Source of the DNA: an uncultured Thermoleophilia bacterium
GTDB lineage: Bacteria; Actinomycetota; Thermoleophilia; UBA2241
Length of the DNA stretch: 64,000 nt
NCBI GenBank assembly: GCA_963715985.1
Contig: CAVQSP010000013.1
Location: 192,001-256,000, forward strand
Direction of reading: 5' to 3'
Shown here: positions 12,858 to 21,567 of the stretch, piece after piece
How positions within the stretch are numbered: position 1 is the first letter of the stretch
How the letters are laid out: the number at the start of each line of letters is the position of its first letter
The notes under the pieces: generated by a model
Database searches by the model: none
Told to the model about the DNA's origin: nothing
What the model saw: the letters and a program-made list of their open reading frames with translations, nothing else
Made by a program: the position numbers and the translations under genes

Positions 12858-13321
12858 GTGTACCTCTCCAGCACGCCGCGCACGTCGGCCGGCGTGAGCG
12901 GCCCGTGCAGGTCGGCGTCCACCATGATCGCCGGGCCCCTGTCGCAGGCGCCGAGGCACACGATGGGCAGCAGCGTGAAGCGGTCGTCGGGCGTGGTCTC
13001 ACCCATGCCCACGCCGAGCTGCTCCTCGATGGCCGCCCGCAGCTCGGCGTACCCCAGCGACCAGCAGGCGAAGCTGTCGCAGACGAGGATGACGTGCCGT
13101 CCCACCGGGCGCCGGAAGAGCATGTTGCCGAACGTGGCGATGCAGTCGAGCTCCTCCACGCTCATCCCCAGGTAGGCGCCGAGGTCGGCCAGGGCGTCGT
13201 CAGAGAGCCAGCGCCGCCGGGCCTGCACGGCGCGCAGCGCCGTGCCCGCGGCGGCCCGCCGGTCCGGGTAGTGGCCGATGACGGCGTCCAGCTCGCGGCG
13301 TTCCTCGTCGGTGAGGCTCAT
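12854..13321 (-). CDS. nuoE: NADH-quinone oxidoreductase subunit E
   Basis: 2Fe-2S ligands CDSFAC and CLGACD. Confidence 0.95.
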   Translation of the reverse strand: MSLTDEERRELDAVIGHYPDRRAAAGTALRAVQARRRWLSDDALADLGAYLGMSVEELDCIATFGNMLFRRPVGRHVILVCDSFACWSLGYAELRAAIEEQLGVGMGETTPDDRFTLLPIVCLGACDRGPAIMVDADLHGPLTPADVRGVLERYT

Positions 13322-13337
13322 GCGTGCGGCCCCCCGT

Positions 13338-15096
13338 TCACCGGTCCACGTCCCCCATCACGAAGTCGATGCTGCCGAGGATCGTCACGAGGTCGGCGAT
13401 CTCGAAGCCGCGCGTGAGCAGCGGCAGGACCTGCAGGTGCGGGAAGGACGGGGTGCGGATCTTGGTGCGGTACGCGCAGTTCTCCCCGTCGCTGATGGCG
13501 TAGTAGCTGTACTGGCCCTTGGTGCCCTCGGTGTACACGCAGGCCTCACCCGGTGGGACCACCGGGCCCCAGCTCACGCCGAGGAAGTGCGTGATGAGCG
13601 TCTCGATGTCGTGCATCGTGTTGCGGCTCTTTGACCGGCGGCGTGGCCAGCGGGTGGTGCGACTTGTACGGGCCCGGCGGCATGACGTCGAGGCACTGGC
13701 GGATGATGCGCAGGCTTTGGCGGATCTCCTCCACGCGCACGGCCACGCGGTCGTAACTGTCGCCGGTGGTCCCTACAGGCACGTCGAAGTCGAACCACTC
13801 GTAGTGGCTGTACGGACGCTGCTTGCGCCAGTCCCACGGCAGCCCGGCGGCGCGCAGGTTGGGCCCGGTGACGCCCCACTCCACGGCGTCCTCCGCCGAG
13901 ATGCCGCCCACGCCCACGGTGCGCGCCTTCATGATGCGGTTGTCCATCACGAGGCTGTCGTACTCGTCGAGTCGCGGCCCCATGGAGTCCAACCAGTCGC
14001 GCACGGCCTGCTCCCAGCCGTTGGGCAGGTCCTCGGCCACGCCGCCGATGCGGAACCAGTTGGGGTGCATGCGCGCCCCGCAGATGGGCTCGATCACGGC
14101 ATCGAAGAGCCGCTCGCGGTCCTCGAACATGTAGAAGACCGGGGAGAGCGCCCCGATGTCCTGGGCGAAGGTGCCGTAGAACACCAGGTGGCTGGAGATG
14201 CGGAAGCACTCGGCCAGCATCACCCGGATGATCTGCGCGCGGTCCGGAACCTCGATGCCGCAGAGCTGCTCCACGGTGAGCACCCAGGGCAGGTTGTTGC
14301 CGACGCCGCTCAGGTAGTCGATGCGGTCGGTGTACGGGATGAAGGTGTGCCAGGTCTGACGCTCGCTCATCTTCTCGGCGCCGCGGTGGTGGTAGCCGAT
14401 GTCGGGCAGGCAGTGGACGATCTCCTCGTCGCGCAGCCCCACGATGACGCGGAAGGGGCCGTGGGTGGCGCCGTGCTGCGGTCCCACGTTGAGGTACATC
14501 AGCGTCGGGTCGTCCTCTTGGCTGGGCAGGCCCCACTCCTCCGGCTTGAAGCGCAGGTCCTCCATCTGCGTCTCGTACGTTTCGGGCGGCATGCTGAACG
14601 GCCCGAGCTCCGTGCCGCGGGACGGGTGCTCCTTGCGCAGAGGGTGGCCCACCCACCACGGCGGCATGAGGATGCGGCGCAGGTCGGGGTGGCCGCGCAC
14701 ACCGATGCCGAACATGTCCCACACCTCGCGCTCGTACCAGCCGGCGGCCGGCCACAGCGGCGTGATCGTCTCGACGCCGTCCGTCTCGTCCTGCAGCGCC
14801 ACCTTGAGGCGCAGGTCCGCGTTCCGCTCGTAGGAGACGAGGTGGTAGTAGACGCTGAAGCGCGCCTCCGGCAGGCCGGCGCGGTGGGTGCGGAAGCGCT
14901 CGTCCACCGCGCCCAGGTCGTAAAGGTAGCGGAAGGGGCGCTCGGCCTCGTTCTTGAGGTAGCTGAGCGCGTCCAGCACAAGGTCCGGCGGCAGCCAGAC
15001 CGTGGGGATGCCGTCGGCCGTCTGCTGCTCGACGAGCTCCGCGCCGGGGAACCTGCCGCGGAGCTCGCCCAGCATGTCCGTCACCGTGGCGGGCAC
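13338..15096 (-). CDS. nuoCD: Fused NADH-quinone oxidoreductase subunit C/D (frameshift near 13625)
   Basis: NuoC part ([10 protein letters not shown]...GHPLRKEHP) in frame with NuoD part ([26 protein letters not shown]); C-terminus [12 protein letters not shown]. Confidence 0.95.
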
Positions 15097-15128
15097 GTCA
15101 GACCTCGTCCGTGGGCGCCGGCGTCACG

Positions 15129-15782
15129 TCACACCTCGTCCTGCGGCTCGAGCTTGTCCGTGGCCTGGACCATGGGGCGCCGCAGCTCGCGCATGGACAG
15201 CGGCGGCGCGTACGTGACCTTCTCCTGGCCGAGCACCCAGCTCAGCGGGCGGCGCTCGGTCTGCACCTTGGCCTGCAGCAGCAGCAGAGCCTCCATGAGC
15301 GCCGTCGGCGCCGGCGGGCAGCCCTGCACGTACACGTCCACCGGCACGATGGAGTCGACGCCCTGCACCACGCTGTACACGTCGTACATGCCGCCGGAGT
15401 TGGCGCACGAGCCCATTGAGATGACCCAGCGTGGCTCCATCATCTGCCGATGCAGCTGCACCACCGTGGGAGCCATCTTCTTGAACACGGTGCCGGCCAC
15501 GATCATCACGTCCGCCTCGCGCGGCGAGATGCGCAGCACCTCGGCCCCGAAGCGCGCGATATCGTAGCGCGGGGTGAGGCTGGTGGCCATCTCCACGAAG
15601 CAGCAGGAGAGGCCGAAGCCGAACGGCCAGAGGGAGTACTTGCGGCCCCAGGCGACGAGGTGCTGGAGGCTGCCCATCACCACACCCTCACCGGGCCCCG
15701 CGGCCGCAGCGGTCTCGGACTCCAGCAGGGAGTGCAGGGCGATGGCCGTGCGGGACGGGCCCGGGCCGCGTCGCGGCTTCAC
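15129..15782 (-). CDS. nuoB: NADH-quinone oxidoreductase subunit B
   Basis: [26 protein letters not shown]. Confidence 0.96.
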   Translation of the reverse strand: MKPRRGPGPSRTAIALHSLLESETAAAAGPGEGVVMGSLQHLVAWGRKYSLWPFGFGLSCCFVEMATSLTPRYDIARFGAEVLRISPREADVMIVAGTVFKKMAPTVVQLHRQMMEPRWVISMGSCANSGGMYDVYSVVQGVDSIVPVDVYVQGCPPAPTALMEALLLLQAKVQTERRPLSWVLGQEKVTYAPPLSMRELRRPMVQATDKLEPQDEV

Positions 15783-16213
15783 CGGCCGTCCCCGTCCTGC
15801 AGGCGGCGCGCGATGCGCGCGCGCCGCCTGCGCCGCCCGGCCGCTCCCCAGTCCAGCCCGCCGGCCTTCCACAGGTACACGAGGCCGGCGAACAGCAACA
15901 CGACGAAGACGACGACCTCGATGTAGCCGGTCCACCCCAGACGCCGCGCGTTCACGGCCCAGGCGAAGATGAACACGGCCTCCAGGTCGAAGATCACGAA
16001 GAAGAGCGCCACCTGGTAGAACTCCACGGAGAGGCGCCGCGGCAACGGCCCGGCGGGCTCGATGCCGGACTCGTAGGGCATGTCCCGCTCCGGGCCCTTG
16101 CGGCGCTCTCCGAGAACGGCGGAGAGCACGACGATGGCCCCTGCCAGGACGAGCACGAGCGCGGCGTACAGTGCCGCCGGCCAGATGGTGATGGCTGCCA
16201 GACCTCCGGTCAC
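15779..16213 (-). CDS. nuoA: NADH-quinone oxidoreductase subunit A
   Basis: [17 protein letters not shown]. Confidence 0.96.
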   Translation of the reverse strand: MTGGLAAITIWPAALYAALVLVLAGAIVVLSAVLGERRKGPERDMPYESGIEPAGPLPRRLSVEFYQVALFFVIFDLEAVFIFAWAVNARRLGWTGYIEVVVFVVLLFAGLVYLWKAGGLDWGAAGRRRRRARIARRLQDGDGR

Positions 16214-16455
16214 GCTGCCCCCTGCCGCTCGCCTCGTCCGGCCCGTCTCTCCCCGTCGGGCCGGGACCCGAGGCCTCCATCCGTGTCGTCTCTCACTCTA
16301 GACGCGACGTTCCGTGCATGGTAGAGAACAATCACTATCAAGGGCGGCGGCTCCTGTCACGCGTCTGACGTCATTTCGTGGCACGCAAACGGGGAAGTGA
16401 CGCGTAGGGGTGTGGCGCGGGGCCGTTCACCGGGCGACGACCGGGGGGACCGGGT

Positions 16456-17277
16456 GTGAGCCGTTGGCGCGGGCAACATCGGCGATGGTGGCGGGGTTCG
16501 TGGTCGCCCCGCTCGTGGCGACCCCTCCGCGCGACGCCGGTGCCACTTCTCCTCGCCGCCGTGCCGGCGGCCGTCCTGTGCCTCGCGGCGCCGGCCCTCG
16601 CGAGCAGCACGGCGTCGCCCAAGGCGTCGCCGATATCGGCGTCGTCGCCGGTCGCGCCGGCCGGCGACGGGTCCTCCGGCGCCGCCGTGTTCACGCAGAA
16701 CTGCGCCGGCTGTCACGGGGCGCGCGGCGAAGGTGCCTTCGGGCCGCCGCTGGCGCCGGCCGGCTTCGCGAGCCTCGTCGGGCCCATGGTGGAGCAGGGC
16801 GGCATCCAGATGCCCCCCTTCGCCAATGCCCTCGACGAGACGCAGATCAAGGCCGTGGCCGACTACGTGGCCGCCTCCATCGCCGACCCGGCGACGCACG
16901 ACGCCGAGGTGAGCCGCGGCGGCGAGACCTACCGCCTGTACTGCTCCGGGTGCCACAGTGCGACGGGCCGCGGCGGCGCTCTCACGGTCGGGCGCAACGC
17001 CCCGGACATCTCGCAGTACCCTGCCGCCGAGGCGCTCGCCGCCATGATCCTCGGCCGCGGCGACATGCCGGCTTTTGCGGGTAACACGCTCGACGTCACG
17101 CAGCAGACCGCGGTCGGTCTGTACGTGGCCGAGCTCATCCCGCCGGACTCCCCGGGCGGCGCCGGCCTCTGGTACCTCGGCCCGGTGCCGGAAGGGGCGT
17201 TCGGAGCGCTCGGCCTCCTCGTCTTGATCTTCCTCGCCGTCTGGCTGGCGTGGCGATCGCGAAAGGCCGCGCCGTGA
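16456..17277 (+). CDS. qcrC: Di-haem cytochrome c subunit of the cytochrome bcc complex (QcrC-like; start uncertain)
   Basis: Signal peptide, CAGCH and CSGCH, C-terminal GPVPEG plus TM anchor; directly upstream of Rieske and cytochrome b. Confidence 0.85.
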   Translation: MSRWRGQHRRWWRGSWSPRSWRPLRATPVPLLLAAVPAAVLCLAAPALASSTASPKASPISASSPVAPAGDGSSGAAVFTQNCAGCHGARGEGAFGPPLAPAGFASLVGPMVEQGGIQMPPFANALDETQIKAVADYVAASIADPATHDAEVSRGGETYRLYCSGCHSATGRGGALTVGRNAPDISQYPAAEALAAMILGRGDMPAFAGNTLDVTQQTAVGLYVAELIPPDSPGGAGLWYLGPVPEGAFGALGLLVLIFLAVWLAWRSRKAAP

Positions 17278-18203
17278 GCGACGCCGGCACGGTGCCGCCG
17301 GTGCCCGCGCCGGACTCGCCGGCCTGCCCGCTGCCGCCTGAGGGCGCGCACCCGCCGGCGCGGCCGCAGCTGCCGCCGCCCGGCTGGCCCGTCGTGCTCG
17401 GCCTTGTCATCACCATCGCCGGCTCGATCGGCTTCGCCATCTCGTTCGTCCTGGGGGCCGGCAACCTCTGGATCGGCGGCTGCCTGGCCGCCGCCCTGCT
17501 GGGCCTCGGCGGCGCGCTCGCCTTCTGGGGCCGTGACCTGGCGGGTGAGGAGGTCATCGCCGGGCCGTACCCCGTGCCGCACGAGGACCCGGAGGGCCGC
17601 GGCGCCCTGGCCGACCAGCTCGAACAGGACGCCGGTGTGCTCACGCGCCGCCGCTTCCTCTTCCGCCTGCTCATCGTGGGCGGCGGCGTGTTCATTCTCA
17701 GCCAGATCGTCCTGCTGGGCGCGCTCGGCCCGCGGCCCCGCAAGAGCCTCTCCACCACGGCGTGGACCGCCGGCGCCCGTCTCGTGACCATCGAGGGCAG
17801 GCCGGTCACCACGAAGGACCTGGCCGGCGGCGGCTACCTGGTGGCCTTCCCCGAGGGCCACACCGACGCCGCCGACTCCCAGGTGGCCCTGTTCCACTTC
17901 GTCAAGGGCGACTTCAAGCCGCAGCCCGGACGCGAGACGTGGAGCCCGGAGGACTACGTGGCCTATTCGCGCATCTGCACGCACGTGGGCTGCGCCGTGG
18001 CCCAGTACGCCGACGAGGCGCAGGTGCTGGTGTGCCCGTGCCACCAGTCCACCTTCGACCTGCTCGACGGCGCCAAGCCGCTCTTCGGCCCGGCCGGCCG
18101 GCCGCTGCCGCAGCTCCCGCTGGCCATCGACGACCAGGGCGCCCTCTACGCCCAGAGCGACTTCACCGAGCCCGTCGGCCCCGGCTTCTGGAACGCCGGA
18201 TGA
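17274..18203 (+). CDS. qcrA: Rieske iron-sulfur subunit of bcc
   Basis: CTHVGC and CPCHQS; internal Tat motif TRRRFL after two TM helices, as in actinobacterial QcrA. Confidence 0.93.
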   Translation: MSDAGTVPPVPAPDSPACPLPPEGAHPPARPQLPPPGWPVVLGLVITIAGSIGFAISFVLGAGNLWIGGCLAAALLGLGGALAFWGRDLAGEEVIAGPYPVPHEDPEGRGALADQLEQDAGVLTRRRFLFRLLIVGGGVFILSQIVLLGALGPRPRKSLSTTAWTAGARLVTIEGRPVTTKDLAGGGYLVAFPEGHTDAADSQVALFHFVKGDFKPQPGRETWSPEDYVAYSRICTHVGCAVAQYADEAQVLVCPCHQSTFDLLDGAKPLFGPAGRPLPQLPLAIDDQGALYAQSDFTEPVGPGFWNAG

Positions 18204-19619
18204 ACAGCCAACGTAGACGAGCTGACGAGGGGGGCGCCGGAGGCGCACCGCTCCGCGAGCGCCGCCTCATGAAGAGCCTCGGCGCCGCCTTCGGCGTGCG
18301 CCGCTCGCCGCTGCGCCCGGCGGCGCGCTGGGCGGACCGCAACCTCGGCGGCGGCAGCCGGCTGCTCAAGGAGGAGCTCCGCCACATCTTCCCGGACAGC
18401 TGGGCCTTCTTCCTCGGCGAGATCGCCCTGTACTGCTTCATCCTGCTCGTGGTCACCGGCGCCTTCCTGGCCCTGTTCTTCCACGCCTCGCAGGCCGAGG
18501 TGGTGTACCAGGGCGCCTACAAGCCGCTCGCCGGCGTGGCCATGTCGGACGCCTACCGCTCCGTGGTGGACCTGAGCTTCAACGTGCGCGCCGGCCTGCT
18601 CGTGCGGCAGGTGCACCACTGGGCCGCGCTGGTCTTCGTGGCCGCCCTCATGATCCACCTGCTGCGCATGTTCTTCACCGGCGCCTACCGCAAGCCGCGC
18701 ATGATCAACTGGCTCATCGGGCTCACGCTCCTGCTGCTGGTGGCCGGCAACGGCCTGTTCGGCTACTCGCTCCCCGACGACCTGCTCTCGGGCACCGGCC
18801 TGCGCGTGGCGTACTCCATCACGCAGTCCATCCCGTTCCTGGGCCCGTGGCTGGCCTCCATCATGTTCGGCGGCGAGTTCCCCACGAGCGGCATCATCGC
18901 CCGCATCTACCCCGTGCACATCTTCCTGCTGCCCGCGGCCATCGCCGGCTTGCTCGGCGCTGCACCTGGGCATCCTCTGGCTGCAGCGGCACACACAGTT
19001 CCCCGGCCCCGGCCGCAGCGACCGCACCGTGGTGGGCACGCCGATGGTGCCGGCGTACGCGTTACGGACCACCGGCTATCTGCTGCTCCTCTCCGGGGTG
19101 ATGACGGCCTTCGGCGCCTTCCTGCAGATCAACCCGGTGTGGCTGTACGGCCCGTACACCGCCTGGGACTCCACCACGCAGGCGCAGCCCGACTGGTACA
19201 TGGGCTGGATGGAGGGCGCCGTGCGCCTCATGCCGGGCTGGGACATCCAGATCGGCTGGTTCCTGCTGCCGTCCGTCTTCTGGCCGGCGGTCATCCTGCC
19301 GGGGCTCATCTTCACGCCGCTCTTCGTGTGGCCCTGGCTGGACGCCATGGCCACCCGCGACGGCGCCTACCACAACGTGCTCACGCTGCCGAGCGAGCGG
19401 CCCGGCCGCGTGGCCGTGGGCGCCGGCTTCGTCACCTTCCTCACCGTCCTGCTGATCGCGGGCGGCGACGACGTGTTCGCACACGTGTACGGGCTGGACC
19501 TGGTGACCTTCGTCGAGGTCCTGCGCGCACTCTTCTTCGTGGCGCCGCCGCTGGTGGCGCTGCTGACGTACGTCGTCTTCCGCAGGAGGGCCCAGCGGTG
19601 GCTGTCCGTGGCGCGCTAG
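18200..19619 (+). CDS. qcrB: Cytochrome b subunit of bcc (frameshift near 18960)
   Basis: RQVHHWAA...IHLLRMFFTGAYRKPR, GYSLPDDLLSG, QPDWY. Confidence 0.94.
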
Positions 19620-20455
19620 AGCAGGCGGTCGAGCACGGCCGCTGCCACCACGACCGCGAGGTACGGCCCGGAGACCTTGAACAGCGCCCAGGCGCGCCCG
19701 GCCCCGGGGGCCGCGAGCAGGCGCGCCACGAAGACCCACAGCACGGCTGTGGCGGCCACGGAGAGGACGCCGTAGACGGCGCCGAACAGGCCGGTGGTCA
19801 GCGCCGCCGCCACGACCACGGTGAGGGCCGCGACGAAGCCCACGATGAGCAGCTGCGTGGGGCGCTCCCCGTACCGCACCGGCGGCGTGGGGATGCCGGA
19901 GGCACGGTAGTCGCTCTCGCGCGCCAGGCTGAGCGCCCAGAAGTGCGGCGGCGACCACAGGAAGATCACGGCGCACAAGAAGGCGATGTCGGCGCTGAAG
20001 GGCATGCCGGTCGCCGCCCAGCCCACGAGGGCGGGGAAGACGCCGGCGAGGGCCCCGGGCACGGAGCTCAGCGCCGTGTGCGGCTTGAAGAGCAGGGTGT
20101 AGACGATCGCGTAGTACACGGCGCCGGCCAGCGCGAAGGCGGCCGCCGTGAGCCCGGCGACCGCCCACAGGGCCAGCACGCCGGCGGCCACGGCCACCAG
20201 GGCCGCCGCCGTGGCGTGGCCCGGCGACAGGCGACCGCTGGCCGTGGGCCGCTCACGCGTGCGCTCCATGCGCGCGTCGGCCTCGCGCTCGAAGACGTTG
20301 TTGAGGATGGCGGCGCCGGCCACCGTGAGCCCGGTCGCGGCCAGGACAGCGACGCTCACGGCGACCCCCGGGCTCCCGGCCAGCAGCAGCGCCGCCAGCA
20401 CGGTGACCAGGAAGAGCCCCACGATGCGCGGCTGCGCCGCCCTCACGTAGTCCAT
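19616..20455 (-). CDS. ctaB: Protoheme IX farnesyltransferase (haem O synthase)
   Basis: NNVFEREADARMERTRERP, WSPPHFWAL, DYRASGIP. Confidence 0.93.
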   Translation of the reverse strand: MDYVRAAQPRIVGLFLVTVLAALLLAGSPGVAVSVAVLAATGLTVAGAAILNNVFEREADARMERTRERPTASGRLSPGHATAAALVAVAAGVLALWAVAGLTAAAFALAGAVYYAIVYTLLFKPHTALSSVPGALAGVFPALVGWAATGMPFSADIAFLCAVIFLWSPPHFWALSLARESDYRASGIPTPPVRYGERPTQLLIVGFVAALTVVVAAALTTGLFGAVYGVLSVAATAVLWVFVARLLAAPGAGRAWALFKVSGPYLAVVVAAAVLDRLL

Positions 20456-20493
20456 ACGGCTATTCTCCAGCATCGGCGCGCGGACGTGCGAAG

Positions 20494-21567
20494 ATGGACC
20501 GCACCTGCGGGGCGGGGAACGGGGGAGCGGACGTGAGATCCGGGGACGAGCGAGACGCACGGCGCGAGAGGCTGCGCCGCCTGGCGCTGCCCGCGCTCGT
20601 GCTGGTGCTCGTCGTCCTCGCCCTGCTGGCCGCCGGCTGCGCCGGCGGCCAGCCCGACATCTGGCGTCCCAAAGGCTCCGCCGGCCAGGAGATAAAGACG
20701 CTCGGCATCCAGATGTTCGCCATCCTCGCCGGCGTCCTCGTCGTCGTCTGGGCGATCCTCACCTACGTCGTCATCCGCTACCGCAAGCGGCCGGAGTCCG
20801 AGGCCTCCAAGACGCGCGGAAACACGACCATCGAGATCATCTGGACCCTGATCCCGGCCGTCATCGTCACCGTGCTGTTCATCCTCACCGTGCGCACCAC
20901 CCAGCAGATCGCCATGCCCGACCCCGGGGCGCAGTTCACGGCCGTGGGGCACCAGTGGTGGTGGGAGTTCGACTTCCCCGACCAGGACTTCAAGACCGCC
21001 AACGAGGTGTACGTGGCGGTCGGCCGTCCGACCTCCATCGACGTCGAGTCCACCGACGTCATCCACTCGTTCTGGGTGCCGCAGATGGGCGGCAAGGTGG
21101 ACATGATCCCCGGGCGCGTGAACCACATCCACTTCGTGCCGCTCGAGGAGGGCAGGTACCTCGGCGAGTGCTCCGAGTTCTGCGGCAAGCAGCACGGCAA
21201 GATGCGCTTCCTCTTCGTGGTGGTGTCGCCGGAGGAGTACTCGGCGTGGGCACACCACCAGGCCGAGCCGGCGGCGCAGCCCACCGGCACTGAGGCGGTC
21301 GCCGGCGGCAAGCTCATCCAGACCATCGCCTGCGGCGGTTGCCACACGATCCGCGGCACGCCCATGAAGGGCACCTTCGGCCCCGACCTCACGCACTTCG
21401 GCAGCCGCAGCGGCATCGCCGCGTACACGCTGCCCAACACGCCCGAGAACCTCTACAGGTGGCTCAAGGACCCGCAGGCGGTCAAGCCTGAGTGCACGAT
21501 GCCGCTCATTCCCCTGCCGGAGCAGTCGCTGCGGCAGCTCGTCGCCTACCTGGAAGAGCTGAGATGA
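20494..21567 (+). CDS. ctaC: Cytochrome c oxidase subunit II with fused C-terminal cytochrome c (caa3 type), lipoprotein
   Basis: Lipobox LAAGC, IEIIWT, CuA ligands HSFW...CSEFCGKQHGKM, then CGGCH...GPDL...MP. Confidence 0.94.
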   Translation: MDRTCGAGNGGADVRSGDERDARRERLRRLALPALVLVLVVLALLAAGCAGGQPDIWRPKGSAGQEIKTLGIQMFAILAGVLVVVWAILTYVVIRYRKRPESEASKTRGNTTIEIIWTLIPAVIVTVLFILTVRTTQQIAMPDPGAQFTAVGHQWWWEFDFPDQDFKTANEVYVAVGRPTSIDVESTDVIHSFWVPQMGGKVDMIPGRVNHIHFVPLEEGRYLGECSEFCGKQHGKMRFLFVVVSPEEYSAWAHHQAEPAAQPTGTEAVAGGKLIQTIACGGCHTIRGTPMKGTFGPDLTHFGSRSGIAAYTLPNTPENLYRWLKDPQAVKPECTMPLIPLPEQSLRQLVAYLEELR

